The notes under the pieces: generated by a model
What the model saw: only the letters and a program-made list of their open reading frames with translations
What the model was told of the DNA's origin: nothing
Databases searched by the model: none
Position numbers and translations under genes: made by a program
Part shown: piece after piece, positions 47,690-59,500 of the stretch
Numbering within the stretch: position 1 is the stretch's first letter
Layout: each line of letters starts with the position of its first letter
Assembly: GCA_002269645.1 (NCBI GenBank)
Contig: NIVC01000387.1
Span: forward strand, 1 to 64,000
Length of the DNA stretch: 64,000 nt
From: Macrostomum lignano
Taxonomy: Eukaryota
Direction: 5' to 3'

Positions 47690-50600
47690 ATGGGCTGTGG
47701 CTGCTCCAAGACCAGGCCCCACCAGCTGCGGTCGGTCGAGCAATGTCTGAACGATCAGATTGGAAATCACCTGACCCCGGTTCAGGTGGCGCTGGTACGC
47801 GACACATGGCGGCTACTGAGTCTGGACTTGGCCGGGACAGGCATAGCAATCTTCATCAGGTCTGGAGGCTGCTAATTGCTTCATTAATTCTACAGCCGCA
47901 AACACGCGCTCGCAGCGTTGAACTCTACGCGCACAACTGTAACACATTCCATTTATTCATATAATCAAATAACCATGTCTCAGCGTGAAATTCCATCTGC
48001 ACCCACCACAATGCACACTTGCACTCCCTTCCCATCTGCACCCACCTCAATGCACACTTGCACTCCCTTGCCATCTGCACCCACCACAATGTACAATTGC
48101 ACTCCCTTCCCATCTGCACCCACCACAATGTACAATTGCACTCCCTTCCCATCTGCACCCACCTCAATGCACACTTGCACTCCCTTGCCATCTGCACCCA
48201 CCTCAATGTACACTTGCACTCCCTTGCCATTTGCACCCACCTCAATGTACACTTGCACTCCCTTGCCATTTGCACCCACCTCAATGTACACTTGCACTCC
48301 CTTGCCATTTGCACCCACCTCAATGTACACTTGCACTCCCTTGCCATCTGCACCCACCACAATGCACACTTGCACTCCCTTGCCATCTGCACCCACCTCA
48401 ATGTACACTTGCACTCCCTTGCCATCTGCTGCACACTTGGCCATCTGCACCTCAATGTACACTTGCACTCCCTTGCCATCTGCAGTACACTCAGGAAGCA
48501 TATCTAACTTTTAGAAGCAGGCCGTAGGCTGAGCCTATCCTCGGAGCATCAGTATAGCTGAGACACCGGCCCGCTGGCCGACTCATCCAGACGTCGTCGT
48601 GTCCGCAGCAGCAGATTTGACTTGCGCAAGTTGGAGCGGCACGGCCTGGCGGTGATGCAGGCGCTGGGAGCCGCCGTGGACTGCCTGGAGGACGCGCTGA
48701 TGCTCAATTCAGTGCTGCTGGCTCTGGGCCAGGCACACTGGGCCTTCCAAGTCAGGCCGGAGCACCTCATGGTTAGTAAACTCGCTTCTCTTCGGCCGCG
48801 GTGGGGCAGAGTCAAACCAAAGCTAATGAAAAAATTACAATGCAGAAAAAAGCTTTGAACAGTACAGTTGGCGAGTTTATTGCACGCCTGTCAATGTACA
48901 TTGGGGGTAGAGCTTCGGGCTGGAGAGTTAGCCAGCCAGTTTATTGCGCCAGTCGATGTACATTAGGGGTAGAGCTTCGGGCAGGGGAGTTAGCCAGACA
49001 GTTTATTGCACGCCAGTCGATGTACATTGGGGGTAGAGCTTCGGGCAGGGGAGTTAGCCAGCCAGTTTGTTGCACGCCAGTCAATGTACATTGGGGGTAG
49101 AGCTTCGGGCAGGGGAGTTAGCCAGACAGTTTATTGCACGCCAGTCGATGTACATTGGGGGTAGAGCTTCGGGCAGGGGAGTTAGCCAGCCAGTTTGTTG
49201 CACGCCAGTCGATGTACATTGGGGGTAGAGCTTCGGGCAGGGGAGTTAGCCAGCCAGTTTGTTGCACGCCAGTCAATGTACATTGGGGGTAGAGCTTCGG
49301 GCAGGAGAGTTAGCCAGCCAGTTTATTGCACGTTAGTCAATGTACATTGGGAGAAGAGCTTCGGGCAGGAGAGTTAGCCAGACAGTTTATTGCACGTTAT
49401 TCAATGTGGGTACAATAGGCGAAGAGCTTTTGGGAGTTAGAATTTTCAATCGAAGACCCATCCTTTGTGTGCAGAATATTTTGTCCAACCCCAGTAATGC
49501 CTTTATCCACAGTTGAATTTATATTTTGGCTTCTGACTCCTTAACAAAAAAATCTATCTCAGGTCTGAGATCAGACCGGAAGCGCAGAGAAATTTCCATT
49601 TTGGCAGCCGATTGGAACTTTCAGTGGCGCTTCCTTTGAGCAGCAATAAAATCTTCTAGTGCGAGCTGCATCGCCCCTTTGCGCTCATAAACTGCGATTT
49701 TGTCGACAGTCCGCCAAAGCTGTAAATATTTATGAGCTGAAGAAATCGCGGGGAACAAGCCTTCACGCGTGGCAATTCCAACAGATTTGTGAAGCCTGAA
49801 GTACTGAGTTCAACTGATATAGATCCGCAGAGATCTGCAGGATTAGCATGGAGCACTTCAGCTCCATGCCAAACTGCAGCTTATCAGCGAATTCTATCAG
49901 AAAACAGCCAGAATATACGAAAAAAAAGTTTTGTACAAAGATGGAGAGGTGAATTCCCGTTGTGTTGATCCCTAAAGGTCCGCAAAATTCTTGTAAGTTA
50001 TTCTAAACTCACCAAGGCAGTAAGAGCACGAAACAAATTTAATTCTAAAGAAATTCAGTTGGAGCTCAACTTATCTCAACAATGCTTAAAAGATAATGGA
50101 AGTATTCTCCTTCCATCAGTCTGACTGGAAGCAAAAACTGGTCGGACCAGCTGACTAGAGAAACGCCGAGACAGCTGTCATCCCATGCAGTCTCTTTCTT
50201 GGGATTCCAGGGGATAATGGGGATAAAATGGGGATTTCATGTCAAAATTTGCTTGAATGTGAGAGTGCAGCGTTCTGCTTTTAGCTGCCCATGAATAACA
50301 GTAGCAATAATTATAATCATAATCATGATAATGATAGTAACAATACTAGTAGTATTAATAATAATATATTATGACGCTCGTATCTGGCCAATTGGGCCAG
50401 ATGTGCAACCGACAGCTCAGCCGCAGGTATTGCGCGGCGCATCTGAAGGCTGCGTACGGCTGTTCAGTCCAAGGACTGGGGGGTCGCCACACACACCCTC
50501 TGTTACCCCAGCTAATGCTGGCACCCATTTTACAGCAATAGATAAACTGAAGCAATGCAGAGTTAAGTGTCTTACCCAAGGACACAAATTGTTTCGAGTG

Positions 50601-51150
50601 AGTCGAGAATCGAACACGCGACCTTTTAGTCGTGAGTTCGACGCTCCAACCTCTAGGCTACAACCCCATTTACAGCCCCACGAATGCACCCACATGTGCT
50701 TGAACCTCAGAGTCACCTTGAGAATTAGATGGGTGAGATGGGATGTAGTGAGTTTGCACTAAGGTTTTGGGCACTGCTGCAAGTCAGGGTGATCGGCAAA
50801 CGGACTCGAACCCCAGGGTAGTTTGGCTCAAGAGTCAGAATGCGCCAACAGCTGAGCTGGTCTGCTCTCCTCCTTGAGCAAGTGGCAATTAATATGCTGA
50901 GCTTGAGTTCACCTGCAGCTTTTCAATTCGAGCCGCTGCCCCGATTCCTATGCAGAGGCTGTGGCCCGCCGTTAGCTTTGCCCTGCAAGAGAAGCTGGGC
51001 CCCAGCTACAGCAGAGCAGTGAGCCGAGCCTGGCTGGCTGTGTTCCGCTACATCACCGGCAAGATGGAGTTCGGCATCAGGCTCCGGGCCGAGGCTGCTG
51101 GCCGAGGCAGCAGCGCCAACGGGCCATCGCAGCAGCAGCAGCTGGGCTAG
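47690..51150 (+). CDS. N-acylated (globin X-like) globin, three exons, ~181 aa; 5' boundary of exon 2 uncertain
   Basis: Exons 47690-47859, ~48591-48771, 50956-51150. Has an MGCGCS start, LTPVQVALVRDTW (A helix), LERHGLAVM (E7 His), LGQAHWAFQV (F8 His) and AWLAVFRYI (H helix). Intron positions correspond to B12.2 and G7.0. Confidence 0.85.
47995..48490 (+). repeat. 39-bp minisatellite in globin intron 1
   Basis: ccatctgcacccacctcaatgtacacttgcactcccttg, about 12 copies. Confidence 0.95.
48870..49400 (+). repeat. 64-bp minisatellite in globin intron 2
   Basis: gagttagccagccagtttattgcacgccagtcgatgtacattgggggtagagcttcgggcaggg, about 8 copies. Confidence 0.95.
50305..50667 (-). mobile_element. 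tRNA-derived CORE-type SINE with (TAA/TAG)-like tail
   Basis: Minus strand: A box tagcctagagg, B box gttcgattc, then gtgtccttgggtaagacacttaac...cagttt...ctgtaaaatgggt, resembling the MIR CORE as recalled. Simple-repeat tail at ~50305-50370. Confidence 0.85.
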
Positions 51151-51229
51151 CAACTGACTGGGCTGCTTGATGAAGGACAGATGAGTTTATGACTTTGGCA
51201 TAAAATGAGAACATGAGATGCGCATGACA

Positions 51230-51790
51230 TGACATGGGGTGAGTGAGATGGATGAGAGTGAGATGGGTGAGATTGAGTTTGATGAGAGTGAGATGATTGA
51301 GAGTGAGATTGCTGAGATTGAGATGGGTAAGAGTGAATTTGTGAGAGTGAGATTGATGAGAGTGAAATGATTAGAGTGAGATGGGTTAGAGTGAGATGAG
51401 TGAGATTGAGTTTGATAAGAGATGAGTGAGAGTGAGATAGGTGAGATTGAGATGGGTAAGAGTAAAACTTGTGGGAGTGAGATTGATGAGAGTGAGATGG
51501 GGAGAGTGAGATGGGTGGGATGTGAGATTTATGAGAGTGAGATGGGTGAGAGTAGGATGGGGTGAGAGTAAGATGGGTGAGAGTGAAATTCGTGAGAGTG
51601 AGATTGATGAGAGTGAAATGGGTGAGTGAGTGTGAGATGGCCAGAGAGTGAGATGGGTGAGAGTGAGATGGGCGAGAGTGAGATTGGTGAGAGTGAGGTG
51701 GGTGAGAGTGATATTGATGAGAGTGAGATTGACAGAGAGTGAGATGGGTTAGTGAGATGGGTGAGAGTGAGATGGGTGAGAGTGAGATAG
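51230..51790 (+). repeat. Degenerate gagagtgagatgggt microsatellite-like tract
   Basis: Purine-rich repeated gagagtgagat(ggg/tga)t units. Confidence 0.9.
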
Positions 51791-52589
51791 GTGTTGTCTG
51801 TAAGTTTCCTGTTTCTGTGACTTGTTGTTTTCCTGTCCATGGCTGTTTGTTAAATTGTGATGGACATTTTTAATCCGAACGCTGCTCAGCTGCATTAGTG
51901 GTGACTCATTATCCGCACAAATTAAATGAGCCCCTGCAGTCTATAGGATGCTGGTTAAGTCAATCATCGATTCTGGCCTACGCAGCCAAGCAGACTCACT
52001 CAGCAAGCACCCAGCTGAGCAGCACAGCTTGCGAACTCGAACACACAGGAAATCTTAGAAGCCCAAAGTTTTTCCCCGACAGAGTTGGTTCCTTTATTAT
52101 CAATTTTAGTGTGCGCGCAACCACTGATCGGACTGTTCCTTGAAGTTATATTGCTGTCTAAAATAGTATAATTGCAGCTTTGTCAGTGTCAAAAAAATAA
52201 ATTGCTTACAAATTAATTCCTACTCGTACAAAAAATGCCCATAGCAACTCGCAGTTGAGAATAGCGAGTCCTGCCGTAATGAAGATTGTATATCGGGCAC
52301 GGCAGCTGCCCCAGGAGCTCCTCATCCGAGCGAGTGAATTATTCAAAGCTCAGGAACTGCTGCAGACAGATGTGCCGGTGTGGGGGGGGCGGCACTCTTG
52401 GGATGCCTGCGAGCCAGCATCGACCACAAAGAGCTCCACTCTCAGGACCGTCTTATCGCCCCAGATCACGAGCTGATCGATCCAGTGGACAATCAGAAAT
52501 TCGTTATAATTTGCTCATTAGTCTACTCTTAGTAGCTGAAGGGCCAGATAGAGAACCTAGCGCATGACTGCGGGCCAGAGGAATGGAGA

Positions 52590-53230
52590 GAGAAGAAGGA
52601 ATAGAGAAGAACGAAAAGAGATCGGAGAAAGGAGAATTGAGGCAATAAAGAAGAAAAGAGAGGAGAGGAGTGAAGGGAAAGGAGAGAAGAGGAGAGAGGA
52701 GAGAGAGAAGAGGACAGGAGAGAAGGAAGAAGAGAGAAGAGAGAGGAGAGGAGAGAGAAGAGAGAGGAGAGGAAAGGAGAAGAGAGAAGGGAGAGAAGGG
52801 AGAGAAGAGAGAGGAGAGGAGAAAGGGAGAGGAGAAAAGGGAGGAGAGGAGGAGAGAAGAGAGAGGAGAGGAAGGGAGAGGAGAGAAGAGGAGAGGAGAG
52901 AAGAGGAGAGGAGAGAGGAGAGAAGGGAGAGGAGGAGGAGAGGAGAGAGAAAGGAGAGAGGAGAGAGAGGGAGAGGAGAGGAGGAGAGGAGAGAGGGAGA
53001 GGGAGAGAGAGAGGGAGAGGAGAGGAGAGGGAGAGGAGAGGAGAGAGGAGAGGAGAGGAAGGGAGAGGAGAGGAAGGGAGAGGAGAGAAGAGAGGAGAGG
53101 AGAGAGAGAGAGAGAGGAGAGAGAAAGGAGAAGAGAGAAGGGAGAGGAGAGGAGAGAAGAGGAGAGGAGAGAGGAGAGAAGGGAGGGGGGAGGAGAGGAG
53201 AGGAAAGGAGAGAGGAGATTATAGAGAAGA
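52590..53230 (+). repeat. Polypurine (GAGAG/GGAGA)n tract
   Basis: About 640 bp almost entirely A/G. Confidence 0.95.
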
Positions 53231-53551
53231 GAGCTGAGAAGAGACTAACCTTAAGCGGACCGAATTGCCATTGTGAAGTTTCAAAGGACCCAGAGGGCGC
53301 ATGTGGCCCGCTGGTCGCAGTTGCCCACCCCTGATCAAAATACTGTCAGTCAGTCGGAATCTTCTGTCGATAAGTTAAAGATCAGACTCAAATATTTAAA
53401 GATATTCAAGCCAAGCAGCTGCAGGTGTCTCGGCCAGCCTGAACCGACCGGACAGTTCGCGTGTATTTAGCCAAATGGGGTTAATAATGGGGCGGCCCCT
53501 CCCCGCCTGAGCATGCAGTCTCCTCCGGATTCAGCGCGCGCGCAGCCCGCG

Positions 53552-54014
53552 TCAACCAAAAAAGCTGCAGGAGGTGCACACGCAGTCGTTGTACATGTGC
53601 CAGTTGCCCGTGTAGTAGCCCGAGCACTCGGTACGCCGGGGTGCGAATAGCGGCACGAGTCCTCGCACACCTCACTCATGATCGCTATCATGGCCTCTGG
53701 GAAAATGAGGATTTTGTTGCTAGGATGACTGCGGGCTCAGAATCCATGAGCGCTTCAAGTTTTAGGTCAATTTAAAAGGCTGCCACGAAAGCTCTCAGGA
53801 TCTGACCGGTCATACACAGCTCACCACTCAGTCATGGCTGTCAGTGTCTGTAGTCATACACAGCTCACCCTCAGTCATAGCACTCACCGTATCTGGTCAT
53901 AGAAAGCAAGCGGTCCGGATCTTGGAGCAACTTTGGCACAAACGGGGCCCTGCAGTCAACCAAGGCGGCCATGAGACAGCAGGCAAGCAGCAGCCGCAGG
54001 CTGAAGAAGTTCAT
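53552..54014 (-). CDS. Secreted Cys-rich peptide precursor (CS-alpha-beta defensin-like), two exons, ~90 aa, with a 1-nt frameshift as given
   Basis: Exon 1 54014-53888: MNFFSLRLLLACCLMAALVDCRAPFVPKLLQDPDRLLSMTRY, gtgagt donor, phase 1. Exon 2 from 53696 after ttttcccag, phase 1: EAMIAIMSEVCEDSCRYSHPG. After a one-base shift at ~53633 it reads TECSGYYTGNWHMYNDCVCTSCSFFG* with strong coding codon bias. Confidence 0.7.
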
Positions 54015-54406
54015 CTTCTGATACGGCGGTCAGCAGAGAGCAGCAGAAGCAGATCTCCGGCGGGAGCAGAGCCGGCTACCCTTCTAAATATTGGAAGAGG
54101 GCGGCAGCGGCCGGACGAATGTCGAAACCGTCCAATGGGGTCGCTGGTGGACAAAGGACGGGAAATTACAGGTGCAGCCAGCCGGGGCAGCCGAGCTCGT
54201 GGCATCCTTTAACCGGACGGCCAGTCTAATGAGATTCATGCGGGTGCATCTCTCAGCTCAGTGCCGCTCCCGAGCCGGACCGGCAGAGCTCGATAGGATT
54301 AGGAGAAAAATTGAAAGCCCGATCAAGGAAGCTGATCTCAAGCCGGATGCGCTGGGGAATATCCCCAGCCATGATCTAATCCCAATCTCCTGCCCAGAGT
54401 GATAAT

Positions 54407-54556
54407 TCAGTCAGTCAGTCAGTCAGTCAGTCAGTCAGTCAGTCAGTCAGTCAGTCAGTCAGTCAGTCAGTCAGTCAGTCAGTCAGTCAGTCAGTCAGTC
54501 AGTCAGTCAGTCAGTCAGTCAGTCAGTCAGTCAGTCAGTCAGTCAGTCAGTCAGTC
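54407..54556 (+). repeat. (CAGT)n microsatellite, ~37 copies
   Basis: Perfect tetranucleotide run. Confidence 0.98.
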
Positions 54557-55039
54557 GAATTCAAAAGATTTCTTCCGTCGCAATAACACAGAAGGGTTAT
54601 TGAGGTTTAAGAAATGAATTAAGTTCAAGAACGCCTTGCTAATATAGAAATATGTATTTATATTTATGCATGCTTAGCATTACGATAGTGAAGGAGCACC
54701 AAAGTCGGCCAGAGCCGGTCAGTCTGGGGCAAGCGAATTCGGCCGGGAAGTCCCTGCCGCACGCTCGGGCGGGGGCGCAAAGGGGCAAACAGAAATCACA
54801 GGGGGCGGAAGCAAGCAAAAATAGATGATCTCCAGCTCGGCGAAGCGCTCTATGGAAATAAATGGAAGAAAAATGTGGCGCCGACTCACGGGGCGCGAGC
54901 AAGCTCAGGAAAAAACTGGATGGATAGCGAAGTGACTTGGAATCGGATCTCTGCCTCAGAATACAAGAGCAAAGTCTTCGTAGCTTCCTACTATAAAAGT
55001 ACGGGCTGTAGATTATTAGATAAAATTTACAGTCTTCGC

Positions 55040-55690
55040 AGAATAGTACATTAAAAGTACATAGTTTCTGTAGCTTACTACCCTAAAAGTACACAGTTGC
55101 TATAGATAATTACCCCAAAAGTACACAGTTTCTATAGCTAACTACCCTAAAAGTACAGTCGCTGCGTTTACTGCCCTAAACGTACAGTTTATAGCTTACT
55201 ACCCAAAAAGTACAGTTTTTATAGCTAGCTACCCTGAAAGTACACAGTTTCTGTAGCTTACTACCCTTAAAGTACACAGTTTCTGTAGCTTACTACCCTT
55301 AAAGTACACAGTTTCTATAGCTAACTACCCTAAAAGTACAGTTTCTATAGCTAACTACCCTAAATGTACAGTTTCTGTAGCTAACCCTAAAAGTACAGTT
55401 TCTATAGCCTACAACCCTAAGAGTACAGTTTCTGTAGCCTACAACCCTAAAAGTACAGTTTCTATAGCCTACAACCCTAAAAGTACAGTTTCTGTAGCTA
55501 ACCCTAAAAGTACAGTTTCTATAGCCTACAACCCTAAAAGTACAGTTTCTGTAGCCTACAACCCTAAAAGTACAGTTTCTATAGCCTACAACCCTAAAAG
55601 TACAGTTTCTGTAGCCTACAACCCTAAAAGTACAGTTTCTGTAGCCTACAACCCTAAAAGTACAGTTCCTGTAGCCTACGATCCCAAAAG
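55040..55690 (+). repeat. 30-bp minisatellite
   Basis: aagtacagtttctatagcctacaaccctaa with variants, about 20 copies. Confidence 0.95.
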
Positions 55691-56575
55691 TGCAAACCAT
55701 ACAGTTGTGTCTTCTAACAAACCAAAAGTACAAATCGCTTGTAGCCACTGCTAAGCGCGGGAAGTCAGTGAACATCAGACCTAGCAGCTCTACTAGTGGC
55801 ACAGTCAAGGACGCAAGTGCACATTGATTCGCACAGCCTGGGGTTAGCGTGTTGTTACAATTTAGTAAATATATAATGCTCAAATATAATATTGGGTACA
55901 GAAGTGCCGACAAATATCTGAGCAAAATCACGGATGCTTCACGTGCATAGAAATACGCTTAACAAAAGCTGATTGTACTGAACTAAAACTTCGCCACAGA
56001 AACAGCTGATTAACACTGGGCGCCTAGCCGGGAATACTGAGCAGAGAGGCTGGGGGGGGGGCTTACAAAGCCAGCCAAATCCGCAAGCAATTAATATTGT
56101 CAGTTAAACAATATTCTATTGAAAAATTCGAAAACAATTCTTGGTTAAAAGAGTAATAAAATAAACGATTTCCTGGTTAAATAGTGGAGCGGGGCGAACA
56201 CCAGACACGGAGGCGTGAGACTGGGATTTCATGAGAACTGGAAGCGGCGGCCTCGTCAGTATTGAGCACACTGCCGCGGTTTTCCGGTTTTGGCCATAGA
56301 CAGAAGTTCGGCACCCCAAAGAGAGCCGGGATTTCAGGGGACTGCTTAGGCAATACACTTTTTTGTGGCCTTAATTTAAAAGACTTAAGTAGGCTTGAAG
56401 AGTTTCCAATCCAAGCTACTCTCAGTTTCTCTTCTCAATTTCAATTGAATGCCGTGAAATGGAAGTTTGGTCTTCAAAGACTGATTACATAACCCTGTTG
56501 AAATACAATGGTAAGAAAGCGAGGGAAAAGAAGGTTAAAAATCAGTTTTAAGGCTAAAAACATCAAACCAGCGGC

Positions 56576-59500
56576 TCAGGCGTGCGAGTCCAGCTGGCTG
56601 AGCTGGCTGCTCAGCGACAGGCAGTCGTCGCCGTCCTGCAGCAGCAGCTGGTCGCGCAGTTTCTCGAAGCCGCTGACCAGGCACTGGTGGTACTCCATCT
56701 GGTCTGAGCGGACCAGCGCCTTGTTCACCCGGAGCCCCAGCTTGCAGGCCCGCAGCAGCTCGGCGAACTCCTCCTCGAGCTCTTGCAGCCGGCGGTCGCC
56801 AGTGTAGGCGATGCGGCGATTCGGCGCCAGGAAGGCGTGCGCGTAGGCCATGGGGCCGGCGTGCACCTGCGGGGATCGGGGTGAGCCTGTGTGACTGGTG
56901 TCTCTGTGACTGGCGCCTGTGTGACTGGGGCTGGTGCCTGTGAGACTAACGCTGGTGCCTGCGTGACTGGCGCCTGTGTGACTGATGCCTGTGTGACTGG
57001 TGCCTCTGTGACTGATGCCTGTGTGACTGGGATGAGCCTGTGTGACAGGTGCCTGTGTGACTGGCGCCTGTGTGACTGGGGCTGGTGCCTGTGTGACTGG
57101 TGCCTCTGTGACTGATGCCTGTGTGACTGGGATGAGCCTGTGTGACAGGTGCCTGTATGACTGGCGCCTGTGTGACTGGGGCTGGTGCCTGTGTGACTGG
57201 TGCCTCGGTGACTGATACCTGTGTGACTGGGATGAGCCTGTGTGACAGGTGCCTGTGTGACTGGCGCCTGTGTGACTGGGGCTGGTGCCTGTGTGACTGG
57301 TGCCTCTGTGACTGGCGCTGGTGCCTGTGTGACTGGGGTGAGCCTGTGTGACTGGCGCCTGTGTGACTGATGCCTGTGTGACTGGCGCATGTGTGACTGA
57401 TGCCTGTGTGACTGGCGCCTGTGTGACTGGGGCTGGTGCCTGTGTGATTGATACCTGTGTGACTGGGATGAGCCTGTGTGACAGGTGCCTGTGTGACTGG
57501 GGCTGGTGCCTTGTGACTGGGGTGAGCCTGTGTGACTGGCGCCTGTGTGACTGGGGCTGGTGCCTTGTGACTGGCGCCTGTGTGACTGATGCCTAAGTGA
57601 CTGGCGCATGTGCGACTGATGCCTGTGTGACTGGCGCCTGTGTGACTGATGCCTGTGTGACTGGCGCCTGTGTGACTGATGCCTGTGTGACTGGCGCCTG
57701 TATGACTGGCGCCTGTGTGACTGATGCCTGTGTGACTGGCGCCTGTGTGACTGGGGCTGGTGCATGTGTGATTGGTACTGGTGTCTGTGTGACTGGGGCT
57801 GGAGCCTGTGTGACTGGTGCCTGTGACTGGGGCTTGGTGCCTGTGTGAATATGACTGGTGCCTGTGTGAATGTGACTGGTGTCCGTTACTGCCTTCAAGC
57901 CTTGAGCCAAAAGCCGCTATCAATCCAGGATGCGAGCATGAATTCCAAAACAGCTCGAAAGCCAGCCGCGCACCTGAGTGGCCAGACAGCCCTGCAGGAC
58001 CATCTGCAGCCGCTTCATGTCCGGCGGCTCCGCCTCGGCGGCCGATCGAATCTTCGCGGCGGCGGCCCGCAGCTCCAGCACCGCCACAGCCAGCGGGCTG
58101 AGATCCTCGTGCTCCGACCGGATGACGCGCAGCCGTTTCACCACGGTGGGGAAGGCGGCCTCGGCGGTCAGGCGGGTGCGCCGGCGCCACTGATCCTCCA
58201 CCGAGCCGTGCCGCTCCCCGCTGCGGGTGAACGGCGTCTCCAGCACGAAGTGGCGCGAGCTGCCGTCCGCCTCGCTGGTCTCGGCCTGCACGTAGGTGAT
58301 CTGCACGTAGGCCCGGCCCGACTCCAGCTTGGTGTCGTCAACCTGCGCGACAGATTTACAGCCTCTGTTACAGATTTTTGACAGCAAAGCATTATAGTCA
58401 TGTACAGGATTTAAAAAAATTATGCACAGGCTTTTCCGCATCATCCACAGGCTGTTCTGCATTATCGACAGGCTTTTCTGCATTATCGACAGGTTTTTCT
58501 GCATTATCTACAGGCTTTTCTACATTATCTACAGGCTCTTCTGCATCATCTACAGGCTTTTCTACATTATCTACAGGCTCTTTTGCATCATCTACAGGCT
58601 TTTCTACATTATCTACAGGCTTTTCTACATTATCTACAGGCTCTTCTGCATCATCTACAGGCTTTTCTACATTATCTACAGGCTCTTTTGCATCATCTAC
58701 AGGCTTTTCTACATTATCTACAGGCTTTTCTACATTATCTACAGGCTCTTCTGCATCATCTACAGGCTTTTCTACATTATCTACAGGCTCTTTTGCATCA
58801 TCTACAGGCTTTTCTACATTATCTACTGGCTCTCTGTATTATCTACAGGCTTTTCTACATTATCTACTGGCTCTCTGTATTATCTACAGGCTTTTCTGCA
58901 TTATCTACAGGCTTTTCTGCATCATCTACAGGCTTTTCTACATTATCTACAGGCTTTTCTTAAATATCTACAGGCTTTTCTGCATTATCTAGACTTTTCT
59001 ACATTATCTGCCTACTACAGGCTTTTCTGCATTATCTGCCTACTACAGGCTTTTCTGCATTATCTACTGGCTCTCTGTATTATCTACAGGCTTTTCTACA
59101 TTATCAACTGGCTCTCTGTATTATCTACAGGCTCTTTTGCATCATCTACAGGCTTTTCTACATTATCTACAGGCTCTTTTGCATCATCTACAGGCTCTTT
59201 TGCATCATCTACAGGCTTTTCTACATTATCCACTGGCTCTCTGTATTATCTACAGGCTCTTTTGCATCATCTACAGGCTTTTCTACATTATCTACAGGCT
59301 CTTTTGCATCATCTACAGGCTTTTCTACATTATCCACTGGCTCTCTGTATTATCTACAGGCTTTTCTGCATTATCTACAGGCTTCTCTACATTATCTACA
59401 GGCTCTTTTGCATCATCTACAGGCTTTCTACATTATCTACTGGCTCTCTGTATTATCTACAGGCTTTTCTACAGTATCTTAGGCTGTTCTGCAGCGTCAT

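Noticed and set aside
50600-50667. tRNA gene
   Set aside because: A and B boxes are present, but stems do not close into a cloverleaf; it is the head of a SINE.
52250-52567. Possible exon(s) near 52250-52480 and 54170-54402
   Set aside because: No consistent splice phases, homology or codon bias; could be UTR or decayed sequence.
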